Part shown: positions 8,848 to 18,914 of the stretch, piece by piece
How positions within the stretch are numbered: the first letter of the stretch is position 1
How the letters are laid out: each line of letters begins with the position of its first letter
Assembly (NCBI GenBank): GCA_041737125.1
Contig: JBGSSJ010000010.1
Coordinates: forward strand, 22,354 to 86,353
Direction: 5' to 3'
Origin: Minisyncoccia bacterium
GTDB taxonomy: Bacteria > Patescibacteriota > Minisyncoccia > Phycocordibacterales > UBA9973
Length of the DNA stretch: 64,000 nucleotides
Position numbers and translations under genes: made by a program
Notes under the pieces: generated by a model
What the model saw: only the letters and a program-made list of their open reading frames with translations
What the model was told of the DNA's origin: nothing
The model's database searches: none

Positions 8848-10713
8848 TTATATTGAATTTCTGCCTAGGCTACCAGCACGAAGTGCATAAAGTATCACAG
8901 CCACATCGATACCCTCTTGAATTATAGCTCCCCAGAATGGAGCAAGGTATCCGAATAATGCTACTACCATAAATATAGAAGAGAGTCCTATACCAATAAA
9001 TATTCCTTCGCGTGCAACAGAAAGCGACCTCTTCGCTATTTTATACGCATCATGAACAAGTCCTACTCCACCTGAAAGGATGACAATATCTGCACTATCA
9101 CTCGCTGCCGTTGCACCATGTGTACCAAGCGCTATGCCCACATCTGCTTGTGATAAAGCTGGTGCATCGTTGACTCCGTCACCTACCATGGCAATGGACT
9201 GCTTCCCTTCACTTTGCAAACTTTTTATAAATGATAGCTTCTGGTCTGGTAAATACTCTGCTTTATACTCACTGATGTTTAAAGATTCTGCTACTTTTTT
9301 CGCAACTTTATCTTTATCACCCGATAGTAATATCATACGCGCGGCTCCGCTCTTCTTCAGATTAACAAAAAGCTCTTTGGCATCTGCTCTTACTTCATCT
9401 AGGAAATACACTACTCCTATTAACTCATTATGCCGTGCCAGGTATACAGGTATTACACCTTCTTCTCTCTCTTCTTCGTGTGACTTCAATATTTCCCTTG
9501 GTATACTTACTCCTAGATTCTCAAGGAATGATAATTTACCAAAAATATAAGGTACACCCTTCACTTCACCACTTACACCATCACCGAATACTTCTTTGAA
9601 TTTCTCTGGATAAGTTACTTCTAAGGCCTTACTGTTTACATGCTTTACTAAAGAGTGCGCAAGTATGTGCACCGACAACTGATCGAGAGATGCAGATATC
9701 TCTAGTATTTCATCTTCGGTTAATGACGAATATGAATGTACTTTATGAATACTAGGAGCTCCGAGAGTGACAGTACCAGTCTTGTCGAAGACAAAAGTCT
9801 TCACTTTATCAAGAGCTTCAAGCGCTCCTCCGTTCTTCACTATGATACCTCTACGTGAAGCGAGGCTCATCCCCGACATGAATGCAATGGGTGTCGCAAG
9901 TATAAGAGGACAGGGTGTCGCTACAACAAGTACAGCAAGCATGCGAATAACATCACCTGATATAAGATAAGCGAGCCCTGCCATAACTAGGGTAAATACA
10001 GTAAAGTAGACACTATACCTATCAGCTAAACGCACAAAAGGGGCTCGATTCTCTTCTGCTTCTCTGACCATTTGGATAATGGATTCAAGTCGACTATCAG
10101 AGAGCATTTTGATTGTGCGTATCTCAAGTACACTATCAGTATTGATGGTACCCGCTAGGACAGTTGATCCTTTGCCTTTCTTCACTGGCTTTGATTCACC
10201 AGTCATTATGGATTCATCTACATATGACTCACCATCTTCGATTACTCCATCAACAGATATGACCTCCCCTGCTTTTACTAAGATATGGTCACCTACTAGA
10301 ACTTCGCGACTATCGATATCGACAAGGCTACTACCTCTCTTCACATGCGCTTTGCTTGGGATAAGTGATAGTAGTGATGATAGGGATTTCCGTGCGCGAT
10401 ACATGGCATAGCTCTCAAGGGCCTCTCCACCCGAGAGCATAAGTAATACAATTGTACCAGCAACATATTGCCCAAAAATAAGAGAGAATAGCAAAGCAAG
10501 GCCTGCAACAAGATCTACGCCGAAATTCTTCTGAAAAATCTTTACTATTATCTCAATCCAAATCGGAATAGAAAATAGGAGAAGTACTACAGAAAGTAGT
10601 TTGTCGGCAATATCTTTATGATCATAGATATTGAGCAATAAAGCGAAAAGTAGAGCAGCAGCCACGACAACTGGCGTCCATTTACGGAATAGATTTTTAG
10701 CGGAGATTAACAT
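8848..10713 (-). CDS. Heavy-metal P1B-type ATPase (P1B-5-like)
   Basis: TGES, ATPCPL, DKTGT, GDGVNDAPAL, QEGID in last TM. Confidence 0.92.
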   Translation of the reverse strand: MLISAKNLFRKWTPVVVAAALLFALLLNIYDHKDIADKLLSVVLLLFSIPIWIEIIVKIFQKNFGVDLVAGLALLFSLIFGQYVAGTIVLLMLSGGEALESYAMYRARKSLSSLLSLIPSKAHVKRGSSLVDIDSREVLVGDHILVKAGEVISVDGVIEDGESYVDESIMTGESKPVKKGKGSTVLAGTINTDSVLEIRTIKMLSDSRLESIIQMVREAEENRAPFVRLADRYSVYFTVFTLVMAGLAYLISGDVIRMLAVLVVATPCPLILATPIAFMSGMSLASRRGIIVKNGGALEALDKVKTFVFDKTGTVTLGAPSIHKVHSYSSLTEDEILEISASLDQLSVHILAHSLVKHVNSKALEVTYPEKFKEVFGDGVSGEVKGVPYIFGKLSFLENLGVSIPREILKSHEEEREEGVIPVYLARHNELIGVVYFLDEVRADAKELFVNLKKSGAARMILLSGDKDKVAKKVAESLNISEYKAEYLPDQKLSFIKSLQSEGKQSIAMVGDGVNDAPALSQADVGIALGTHGATAASDSADIVILSGGVGLVHDAYKIAKRSLSVAREGIFIGIGLSSIFMVVALFGYLAPFWGAIIQEGIDVAVILYALRAGSLGRNSI

Positions 10714-10741
10714 ATATGTCTATTATATAATAACTTCTAAT

Positions 10742-10784
10742 ATATTAAAACACTCCTCTCTATATGGGAGGAGTGTTTTAATAT
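10742..10784 (-). terminator. Intrinsic terminator after fusA
   Basis: ATATTAAAACACTCCTC/GAGGAGTGTTTTAATAT. Confidence 0.8.
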
Positions 10785-12925
10785 TATTTTCTTGATTCAA
10801 TGATAGCTGTAGCTACATTTGTAGGAACTATATCGTAGCGTAGGAATTCCATGGTGAATCCTGCACGACCTTCAGTCATAGAACGAAGCATAGTCATGTA
10901 TCCGAACATTTCAGATAGAGGGACAACGGCTTTCACAACTTGGTTCATACCACGACTCTCCATGCCTTCGATAATTCCACGTTTTGAAGAAAGTGAACCT
11001 GTCACATCTCCCATGAATTTATCTGGAGTTATAACTTCTACTTGCATCATAGGTTCTAGTATTACAGGCTTTGCTATCTTACATGCATCCTGTATTGCCA
11101 TAGAAGCTGCAATCTTGAAAGCCATTTCGTTTGAGTCCACATCGTGGAAGCTTCCGTCATATAGATCCACAGACACATTTTCAAGCTTGAATCCTGCAAG
11201 TACTCCACGGTCAAGACCTTCTTTGAATCCTTTTTCACAGGCTGGAATATATTCCTGAGGAATAGCACCACCTTTGATAGTATTTACGAATTCGAAACCT
11301 TTCTCACGTTTTACATTCTTTGGTAGATCATCTACATCGACAGTCTGGTCCATAGGCTTGATCTTGATCTTCACGTGACCATAGTTACCACGGCCTCCTG
11401 ACTGCTTGATGTACTTACCTTCTACTTGTGCTTCGCCTGTAATAGTCTCGCGGTAGGCAACTTGAGGTTTACCAACATTGGTCTCTACAGAGAATTCACG
11501 CTTCATACGGTCAACGATGATTTCAAGGTGAAGCTCTCCCATTCCTGCGATAATAGTTTCGTTAGTTTCTGGATCAGTCGATACTTTGAAAGTCGGATCT
11601 TCTTGAGCAAGTCTGTTTAATGCCATACCCATTTTCTCTTGGTCTGCTTTTGTCTTTGGTTCAACGCGTAGGTTGATAACTGGTTCTGGGAAAACGATAC
11701 GGTTTAGTTCTACTGGCTTCTCTTCATCACAAAGTGTGTCTGAAGTAATAGTGTCCTTGAGTCCAACTGCAGCTGCAATCTCCCCTGCGTACACTTTCTT
11801 CACTTCTTCGCGATCATTGGCATGCATACGTAGTATGCGACCTAGACGCTCTTTGTTGCGAGTACGAGGATTGTAAACATAACTACCTGCAGAGATACTT
11901 CCTGAGTAAACTCTGAAGAATATAAGCTGTCCGACGAATGGATCAGTCGCAACCTTGAAAGCAAGAGCTGAGAATGGTTCTGCGTCTGATGCATGGCGAA
12001 CTGTTGGCTCATCTGTAGCAGGATCTACACCTGGTATTGGAGGGATATCGATAGGAGATGGAAGGTAGTCCACAACAGCATCAAGAACTAGCTGTACACC
12101 TTTGTTCTTGAGCGCACTTCCTGCAAATACTGGAAAAATTTCATTGGCAATGACTCCCTTTCTCATTAATTTCTTTAGTGTATCGTAGTCTGGGATTTTA
12201 CCTTCGAGATATTCACTCATGATTGCGTCATCTTGCTCGACTATCTTCTCGATAAGTTCAGCATGGTACTTCTCGGCATCAGCTTTTAGATTCTCTGGGA
12301 TTTCTTTCTCTATAACTTTGTTACCCATTTCACCTTCGAAGTAGAAAGCCTTCATCTTCAGCAGGTCGATAACTCCTTCATGTGCATCTTCAAGACCGAT
12401 TGGGATCTGCATACGGATAGCTTTCTTTGTAAGTCTGTCTAAGATAGTTTTATATGAGTGCTCAAATGATGCACCTGTACGATCAAGTTTATTCACAAAA
12501 CATATACGTGGAACAGAGGCTTCATCAGCATAGCGCCAGTTTGTCTCTGATTGAGGTTCTACACCTGCAACACCGTCAAATACTACTACTGCACCGTCGA
12601 GTACGCGAAGTGAACGCTTCACTTCTACCGTGAAGTCAATGTGACCAGGAGTATCGATAATGTTGAAACGATGTTTTTTACTTTTATCAGTTAATGCATA
12701 TGTAGGAGTCCAGAAACATGTAACAGCCGCTGAAGTGATAGTGATACCACGCTCACGCTCTTGCTCCATCCAGTCTGTTGTAGTCTCCCCGTCATGAACC
12801 TCACCTATTTTGTGTGACACACCAGTGTAAAAAAGCACACGCTCTGTTGTGGTAGTCTTACCCGCATCAATGTGGGCTATAATTCCTATATTTCGAACTT
12901 TCTCTAGTGGATAATCTCTTTCCAT
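10784..12925 (-). CDS. fusA: Elongation factor G
   Basis: [30 protein letters not shown]. Confidence 0.99.
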   Translation of the reverse strand: MERDYPLEKVRNIGIIAHIDAGKTTTTERVLFYTGVSHKIGEVHDGETTTDWMEQERERGITITSAAVTCFWTPTYALTDKSKKHRFNIIDTPGHIDFTVEVKRSLRVLDGAVVVFDGVAGVEPQSETNWRYADEASVPRICFVNKLDRTGASFEHSYKTILDRLTKKAIRMQIPIGLEDAHEGVIDLLKMKAFYFEGEMGNKVIEKEIPENLKADAEKYHAELIEKIVEQDDAIMSEYLEGKIPDYDTLKKLMRKGVIANEIFPVFAGSALKNKGVQLVLDAVVDYLPSPIDIPPIPGVDPATDEPTVRHASDAEPFSALAFKVATDPFVGQLIFFRVYSGSISAGSYVYNPRTRNKERLGRILRMHANDREEVKKVYAGEIAAAVGLKDTITSDTLCDEEKPVELNRIVFPEPVINLRVEPKTKADQEKMGMALNRLAQEDPTFKVSTDPETNETIIAGMGELHLEIIVDRMKREFSVETNVGKPQVAYRETITGEAQVEGKYIKQSGGRGNYGHVKIKIKPMDQTVDVDDLPKNVKREKGFEFVNTIKGGAIPQEYIPACEKGFKEGLDRGVLAGFKLENVSVDLYDGSFHDVDSNEMAFKIAASMAIQDACKIAKPVILEPMMQVEVITPDKFMGDVTGSLSSKRGIIEGMESRGMNQVVKAVVPLSEMFGYMTMLRSMTEGRAGFTMEFLRYDIVPTNVATAIIESRK

Positions 12926-12940
12926 ATGTATTATGTAACG

Positions 12941-13147
12941 TTAATTAAGCTTAATAAAAAAAAGACCTTCGCGTCTTATGTCCCTAGAATATACAACAAA
13001 TGGCCTATTTTTGCAAATAAAAAAGAGCCCATTGGTGGTGGACTCTTGGGGGCTAGTATTTTGATTGTCTCTTTTTTTATTTATGCTTGTGAAGGCGTAA
13101 AATATGAAAAGAATTAACACTAATAAAAAACGCAGCGGATTTTTCAT
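12941..13147 (-). CDS. Short hypothetical ORF with signal-like N-terminus, between rpsG and fusA
   Basis: MKNPLRFLLVLILFIFYAF...; its 3' part overlaps a candidate fusA promoter, so may be a remnant. Confidence 0.3.
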   Translation of the reverse strand: MKNPLRFLLVLILFIFYAFTSINKKRDNQNTSPQESTTNGLFFICKNRPFVVYSRDIRREGLFFIKLN

Positions 13148-13319
13148 AGTCTTTGGTTTTTATATAAGCCCTGCAATATAGCTCGATAGTTTATTTAATT
13201 AAATCATACGAGGAGCTATATGTAAACAAAACTCCTTACAGGAGCAGTACACCTTTTGTATACTTTATTTCATTCTTCATAAAGATACCTCAAAAGGTCT
13301 TGCGTTTTGGGTCCCAACC

Positions 13320-13347
13320 CAAAACTCACCCCTTTAGGTGAGTTTTG
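13320..13347 (-). terminator. Intrinsic terminator after rpsG
   Basis: CAAAACTCACC/GGTGAGTTTTG. Confidence 0.7.
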
Positions 13348-13366
13348 TATTTTGTGTAAATTTTTA

Positions 13367-13837
13367 TTACCAAGCGAAGTGGGCAAATGCTTTGTTGGCT
13401 TCTGCCATCTTGTGAGTGTCGTCACGCTTCTTGATAGCACTACCTTCGTTCTTTGATGCAAGAATTAATTCTTCTGCAAGCTTAGTGTGTATTGGAGCTC
13501 CTTTCTTACCACGAGCTGCAAGTATTATCCATCGCATAGCGAGAGCTTGGCGTCGTTCAGGGCGAACTTCACGAGGCACTTGGTAGTTCGCACCACCGAT
13601 ACGGCGAGAGCGTACTTCTACTAGTGGACCCGCGTTCTTGATAGCTGTATCGAATACCTCAAGTGGGTTTGGATTACCAGTTTTCTCTTTGATAATATCA
13701 AATGCTAGATAGACGGCTTTGCGAGCAGTCTCCTTCTTGCCATGGAGCATAATGCTGTTTATAAACTTCGCGAGCTTTTGCGAATTATACATTATGTCTG
13801 GATCAACTATATTTCTGTTTTTTATTTTACGTCGCAT
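13367..13837 (-). CDS. rpsG: 30S ribosomal protein S7
   Basis: EVRSRRIGGANYQVP, HKMAEANKAFAHF. Confidence 0.99.
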   Translation of the reverse strand: MRRKIKNRNIVDPDIMYNSQKLAKFINSIMLHGKKETARKAVYLAFDIIKEKTGNPNPLEVFDTAIKNAGPLVEVRSRRIGGANYQVPREVRPERRQALAMRWIILAARGKKGAPIHTKLAEELILASKNEGSAIKKRDDTHKMAEANKAFAHFAW

Positions 13838-13842
13838 ATATA

Positions 13843-14268
13843 TTATTTTTTAACTTCTTTCTTAGGAGTCTTTGTACCGTATAGACTTCTTGATTGTCGG
13901 CGCTTGTCTACACCTGTAGCATCGAGTCTTCCACGAACTATGTGGTAACGCACTCCGATAAGGTCTTTCACGCGACCTCCACGAATCATAACAACTGAGT
14001 GTTCTTGTAGATTGTGTCCTTCACCTGGGATATAAGCAGTAACTTCCATTCCGTTAGTTAGACGTACACGGGCAATCTTACGGAGAGCTGAGTTCGGCTT
14101 CTTTGGTGTAGTAGTAGAAACTTTCGTACAAACACCGCGCTTGAATGGTGCAGGGTAAAATACTGGGCGATTCTTAATCGTGTTGAAACCGCGAGCAAGA
14201 GCTACGGCTTTAGATTTTCTTTTTGTAATTTTGCGGCTCTTTCGAACCAATTGATTAATTGTTGGCAT
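13843..14268 (-). CDS. rpsL: 30S ribosomal protein S12
   Basis: MPTINQLVR start at 14268; [17 protein letters not shown]. Confidence 0.99.
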   Translation of the reverse strand: MPTINQLVRKSRKITKRKSKAVALARGFNTIKNRPVFYPAPFKRGVCTKVSTTTPKKPNSALRKIARVRLTNGMEVTAYIPGEGHNLQEHSVVMIRGGRVKDLIGVRYHIVRGRLDATGVDKRRQSRSLYGTKTPKKEVKK

Positions 14269-14339
14269 CCCAGTTAGAAATTTAAATAATAACACTTATA
14301 CTTTATACCACGTTAGTTAAATTTCTAACGGGACAAGTA
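14269..14339. repeat. Palindromic element CCC(A)GTTAGAAATTT...AAATTTCTAACGGG-ACAAG abutting the rpsL ATG
   Basis: Inverted arms at 14269-14284 and 14318-14332. Confidence 0.75.
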
Positions 14340-14409
14340 TTTCTATTTCAAACAAAAATAGTCACAAAAGGACTAGTCAGAACACTTTACTATACAAGGG
14401 ATAAAAATG

Positions 14410-14488
14410 CAAGCCCCGTTAGAAGCCACCCTCGCAAGCATGCGAGTGCTACGATCACCTTGGGGTGAACTGCTTCTAACGGGGCAAG
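14410..14488. repeat. Palindromic element GCCCCGTTAGAAGC...GCTTCTAACGGGGC flanked by CAAG
   Basis: 14-bp perfect inverted arms with an internal hairpin. Confidence 0.8.
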
Positions 14489-14506
14489 CGGATAGAGGCC
14501 CCTATT

Positions 14507-15130
14507 CTAGGACCCCCAATTAAGCCCTGTTAAGAAGGAAAAGGCTATTAGAACAATAGGTGCAATTTTGTCCCAAACAAAGAATATGAAGAATATAAGG
14601 AAAAATATAGCGTATTGATTCAAGAAGTTCTCTATATAGCGTAATCTATGTGGCAATACAGAGAATAGTAGCTTCGAACCATCAAGTGGTGGTATCGGGA
14701 TAAGGTTGAATAATGCGAGTACTAGATTCATAATCACTATAGTTGCCGCGATTTTGTAGAACTGCTCACCTAGGTCTATAGGCATGAAGCGGATGATGAG
14801 GGAGAATATAAGAGCAATAGCCAAGTTTGCAACTATACCTGCGATAGCCACGAGGAATGTCCCCTTCTTCACGTTCTTGAAATTATCCGGACTGAAAGGC
14901 ACAGGACGTGCCCAACCGATGATAAAGCCAGTATTACTAAGTACAAGTAGTAGTGGAAGTATGACAGAACCGAATGGATCGAGGTGCTTTATTGGGTTTA
15001 GGGTAAGCCTGCCTTGTGCTCGGGCAGTGTTGTCCCCTAGTAGGTAGGCAACATAACCATGAGCAAATTCATGGACGACTACGGACATTATTAGAACCAT
15101 TACATAGAATATTCCATCGATTGCTTGCAT
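14507..15130 (-). CDS. Site-2 protease (M50) membrane metalloprotease
   Basis: HEFAH, NLIPIPPLDG. Confidence 0.93.
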   Translation of the reverse strand: MQAIDGIFYVMVLIMSVVVHEFAHGYVAYLLGDNTARAQGRLTLNPIKHLDPFGSVILPLLLVLSNTGFIIGWARPVPFSPDNFKNVKKGTFLVAIAGIVANLAIALIFSLIIRFMPIDLGEQFYKIAATIVIMNLVLALFNLIPIPPLDGSKLLFSVLPHRLRYIENFLNQYAIFFLIFFIFFVWDKIAPIVLIAFSFLTGLNWGS

Positions 15131-15164
15131 ACGTATGTGTTATATGATAGCATGGGACTCACAT

Positions 15165-15410
15165 ATGGCAAAAGTCTGCGCAATAACTAAAAAGGGCTCA
15201 AAGATGGCTGGAGGTTACTCCAACGTTGTTCGTGCTACGAAATTCAACCCTACAGGTATGGTCCGCAAATATGCGAACCTTCAGAAGAAGCGTATATATG
15301 TCCCTGAACTGAAAAAGTACTTCCCTCTTACACTTTCAACTACTGCAATCAAAACTATAAACAAGCACGGTGCTTACGCAGTCCTCAAAAAAGCTGGAAT
15401 CATAAAATAA
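15165..15410 (+). CDS. rpmB: 50S ribosomal protein L28
   Basis: MAKVCAITKK...RKYANLQKKRI...LSTTAIKTI. Confidence 0.88.
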   Translation: MAKVCAITKKGSKMAGGYSNVVRATKFNPTGMVRKYANLQKKRIYVPELKKYFPLTLSTTAIKTINKHGAYAVLKKAGIIK

Positions 15411-15439
15411 AACCTCACAATGTTGTGAGGTTTTATTTT
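15404..15439. terminator. Bidirectional terminator
   Basis: AAAATAAAACCTCACAA/TTGTGAGGTTTTATTTT between convergent genes. Confidence 0.8.
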
Positions 15440-16302
15440 TAATACACGAGTTCTAATCCGTCGGTTTTAAATATTAAATTCCCCTCTTCGTATGTAGCCT
15501 TATAAGGAATCTGTAACTTCGAAAGCATACTGAGTACGTCTTTGTGCGGATGGCCGTATCTATTATTCTTTCCGGCAGAGATGATAGTCACATCGGGATT
15601 TACTTTCTCCAAGAATAATTCACTCGAGGAAGTATGTGAGCCATGGTGGCCGAGCTTGAGGACATCGGCTTGTAGCGCTTCTATGCTATTACTCCTTATG
15701 AGGATATTCTCTGTGAACTTGGTTGCGTCCCCAGTGAGTAGGAATGACTGCTCACCATACACTAGTCTCCCTACTATCGAAGCGTCATTTGATTCCATTT
15801 TACTTATATCACGATCCGGGAATAGAATATCGAAATAGATATTTTTTTCTTTGTCTAAGATTATACGATTACCTTTCTTCCCTATCGTCTTAGTGATTTT
15901 ATGCTTTGCTATTTGATCTTGGAAGCTTTTATAAATTAAAGTATCTGATGTGCCACCATTCTCTATAACTTGGCCCACTTCATATGAGTCGAGTATAAGT
16001 GGAAATCCACCGATATGATCTGCGTCTGTATGTGTAGCGAGCACTAGATCGATGGACCTATCAGCGAAAGGCATGACTTCAGAAAGCGCAGAGAGCACTG
16101 CAGAGTTCGCACCTGCGTCTACTAGCATTTGCCTGCCATTGGGAGCTTCTATATAGATGGCGTCGCCTTGGCCGACGTCGAGGAAGACTACTTTTAATAT
16201 ATTGCTCTCTTTGCCAACTCGTGCCGAGTTCCAAATAAAAAAGACGAGTACGACAAGTGAGACGAGGAGTATGGGCAATAAATATCTCTGTAATCTTTTC
16301 AT
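15439..16302 (-). CDS. ComEC-type metallo-beta-lactamase-fold domain, stand-alone
   Basis: FLDVGQGDA, THTDADHIGG, LLTGD, GHHGS, NRYGHPH. Confidence 0.92.
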   Translation of the reverse strand: MKRLQRYLLPILLVSLVVLVFFIWNSARVGKESNILKVVFLDVGQGDAIYIEAPNGRQMLVDAGANSAVLSALSEVMPFADRSIDLVLATHTDADHIGGFPLILDSYEVGQVIENGGTSDTLIYKSFQDQIAKHKITKTIGKKGNRIILDKEKNIYFDILFPDRDISKMESNDASIVGRLVYGEQSFLLTGDATKFTENILIRSNSIEALQADVLKLGHHGSHTSSSELFLEKVNPDVTIISAGKNNRYGHPHKDVLSMLSKLQIPYKATYEEGNLIFKTDGLELVY

Positions 16303-16341
16303 GTTATACTACAAATATTACCACTAAATCGATAATAAAAC

Positions 16342-16941
16342 ATGACAACATTTACACTTAAAACATTTACTATTGGCGAGTTGAAAGGAATAAGTACGAA
16401 GAATATAGAAGAGCATTTGAAGCTATATAAGGGCTATGTTACGAATGCGAACTCAATACTCGAGAAGATTCCCGAATATAAAGGCTACGAGAAGGAAGAT
16501 ACTTTTGCCCCCTATGTGGTAGGTGAGCTCGGCAGACGCTTCTCTTTCGAATACAACGGTATGCGTAACCATGAAGTGTACTTCGCATCACTCGAAGGTG
16601 GAGCGAAGGAAATTTCTGATGGAAAACTGAAGAAGAAAATTGAAGAGACTTTTGGTTCATTTGATGACTTCCTTGCGAATTTTAAAGCTTTAGCACTTAC
16701 TCGTGGTATAGGCTGGGCAGTACTATGGTATGACAAAGCAAGTGACAGTTTACTTACATCATGGGTAGATGAACAGCATTTAGGACAATTAAATGGCTGC
16801 ACTATGATACTTGCACTTGATATGTGGGAGCATGCATTTGTGTACGACTATCCAACAAGCGAAAAGAAAAATTATGTGGAAAGCTTCTTTGATAATGTTA
16901 ACTGGCAAGTGATTGAAGAGAATTTCAAGAAAACTCAGTAA
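16342..16941 (+). CDS. Fe/Mn superoxide dismutase family
   Basis: NGMRNHEVYF, FGSFDDF, GIGWA, LDMWEHAF. Confidence 0.9.
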   Translation: MTTFTLKTFTIGELKGISTKNIEEHLKLYKGYVTNANSILEKIPEYKGYEKEDTFAPYVVGELGRRFSFEYNGMRNHEVYFASLEGGAKEISDGKLKKKIEETFGSFDDFLANFKALALTRGIGWAVLWYDKASDSLLTSWVDEQHLGQLNGCTMILALDMWEHAFVYDYPTSEKKNYVESFFDNVNWQVIEENFKKTQ

Positions 16942-17055
16942 GAACTTTAAAAAGTTTCTAACTTCAAAAAGCATCCAGAATCAAAAAGAATTGAGAAAAT
17001 AAATCTTAGGTGTGGGCGCGCCGCAGCGACGAAGGAGCGGAGAGGGATAAGAGAT

Positions 17056-18366
17056 TTATTTTTCAATTCTTTTTGATTTCTTCATACTCCACCAAACAAT
17101 AATAATGTATAAAACTATCACCAAAACTATTGGGAACTTTTTTATTATTACACTTGCAAAAGGGATAGAGGCAAAAAGGTCAACTATCGAAAGTATGTAA
17201 GATAGCAACAAATGAGAAATGTATGCAAATGGTATAGATAAAGTTGTAGACACAAGCCCTACAACTCCCACAATGAAACTCATAAACATAGTAATAGGAA
17301 TTATCGGCAAGATTAGTATATTGGCTGGTATGGATACTATCGATAATACCCCTGTCGAGTAGAGGAGTATAGGTAATACTGTAATTGTAGCAGCGAGAGT
17401 AGTCGCAACTAATTCACGAAAGCCGAATATGTTGGGCAAGAACTTTACCCATTTAATTGTCTTCGGTGTCACGAATAGCACACCGAATGTAGCAATGAAA
17501 GAAAGCTGAAATGATATGTCCGTGACTATACGTAAATCATAAGCAACCATGATTAGAGCCGCTATGAATAACGCCCTGCCAGCATCGTATGTCCGTCCGG
17601 TCATACGAGCAAATAGTACAATACCTGCCATAATACCTGCGCGAACTGCTGTAGCCGACGCTCCAGCTAGGATAACGAATAGCACTATCGTGACTATGCC
17701 TAAAATAATCGATGCAGTTTGTGCCAAAATTAACCCAAAAACTTTCATCACTCCCTCAGCCACAATCGTGACATTATATCCAGATAGTGCCACGATGTGT
17801 ATGGTCCCTGTACTTATGAACTTATCTCTCAATTCATTACTAAATCCACCTCTTACTCCTAAGATCAGCCCATTAGCCAAATCACTTTGTCCTTTCCCGA
17901 TGACTTTATTAATATTCCTGATAAACACATCACGCAGCTTGAATAACAAAGACTTTACATAATTACCATGGCCATGACTTAGCACTTCAATCTCCGCATT
18001 TTTGATAATAAAATATATATCTTGGTTTGCAAGATACCGCTCGTAATTAAATTCTTTCCCTGCATCTGTCATGAAGTTCTCTGGCGTCTCGAGCTCTCCA
18101 GTAACTCTTGCTATATCACCATAAGACACAGGAACTGTAAGTGGAATAATGGCGAGGATATTTACATCCCCTTCTTCTTTTGTGATTACAATACGCTTGT
18201 TGCTCACTCTTACATCAGGAGGCTCGGACACTATGCCTTCGAACACTACATTCTGCCCTATCACACCTTCGTATGGCGGCGGAACTGGCAAAAAAAATAA
18301 ATATCGAACTATAGCAATAATTATGAGTATGAATATTAAACTAATTTCCTTTTTGCTTGGACGCAT
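17056..18366 (-). CDS. comEC: ComEC/Rec2 competence protein (DUF4131 + Competence domain)
   Basis: TGTIHIVALSGYNV, SAVRAGIM-like motif, SFQLSF, multiple TMs. Confidence 0.93.
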   Translation of the reverse strand: MRPSKKEISLIFILIIIAIVRYLFFLPVPPPYEGVIGQNVVFEGIVSEPPDVRVSNKRIVITKEEGDVNILAIIPLTVPVSYGDIARVTGELETPENFMTDAGKEFNYERYLANQDIYFIIKNAEIEVLSHGHGNYVKSLLFKLRDVFIRNINKVIGKGQSDLANGLILGVRGGFSNELRDKFISTGTIHIVALSGYNVTIVAEGVMKVFGLILAQTASIILGIVTIVLFVILAGASATAVRAGIMAGIVLFARMTGRTYDAGRALFIAALIMVAYDLRIVTDISFQLSFIATFGVLFVTPKTIKWVKFLPNIFGFRELVATTLAATITVLPILLYSTGVLSIVSIPANILILPIIPITMFMSFIVGVVGLVSTTLSIPFAYISHLLLSYILSIVDLFASIPFASVIIKKFPIVLVIVLYIIIVWWSMKKSKRIEK

Positions 18367-18802
18367 AAGTTGTGGCTATAACATCTGCTCGTTCGTTATG
18401 AACATGTCCTGCGTGGCCTTTCACTTTCTGCCACGAAAGCTCCCCCTTAAATTCACGTACACATTTTATAAGCTCTTTCCAGAGGTCTTGATTGAGGACT
18501 TCTTTCTTATTTGCTGTCCGCCAGCCATTCTTCTCCCAGTTATGGATCCAAGTCGTCACTCCGCCTAATACATAAGCAGAATCAGCATATATTGCAACTT
18601 TGCCTTGTGCATAATTTTTAATTATGTACTTTAAACTTTCAATTACAGCCATTAGCTCCATACGATTATTGGTCGTCATCTTCTCGTAGCCACCAAACTC
18701 ATCGATCATCTTGTCACCTGACACCACAACGACGCCGTATCCGCCAGGACCTGGATTACCTAATGACGAACCATCTGTGTAAATTTCTATCGAGTTATTC
18801 AT
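18341..18802 (-). CDS. rnhA: Ribonuclease HI
   Basis: IYTDGSSLGNPGPGG, TTNNRMEL, DSAYV, WQKVKGHAG, NERAD. Confidence 0.97.
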   Translation of the reverse strand: MNNSIEIYTDGSSLGNPGPGGYGVVVVSGDKMIDEFGGYEKMTTNNRMELMAVIESLKYIIKNYAQGKVAIYADSAYVLGGVTTWIHNWEKNGWRTANKKEVLNQDLWKELIKCVREFKGELSWQKVKGHAGHVHNERADVIATTYASKQKGN

Positions 18803-18910
18803 CCCAGTAGTAAAATTTTACTTTTAATCTTCATATTTTTATATATTATCATGAAACTATACATATTATCTAAATAATTAAGTAATCAAAAATTTACTAC
18901 GGGACAAGTA
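18803..18910. repeat. Palindromic element CCCAGTAGTAAAATTTT...AAAATTTACTACGGG-ACAAGTA abutting the rnhA ATG
   Basis: Same architecture and flanks as 14269-14339. Confidence 0.72.
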
Positions 18911-18914
18911 ATTT

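Noticed and set aside
9080-11876. Numerous antisense ORFs opposite the ATPase and fusA (and similar ones elsewhere)
   Set aside because: Shadow frames of strongly conserved genes with no recognisable motifs
14269-14488. Integron attC sites
   Set aside because: Arm order is GTTAG...CTAAC, the reverse of attC (RYYYAAC...GTTRRRY); no integrase; neighbours are core genes
17008-17046. GC-rich patch (CCGCAGCGACGAAGGAGCGG) between sod and comEC
   Set aside because: Probably a REP-like fragment or terminator; single copy in the window, cannot be classified
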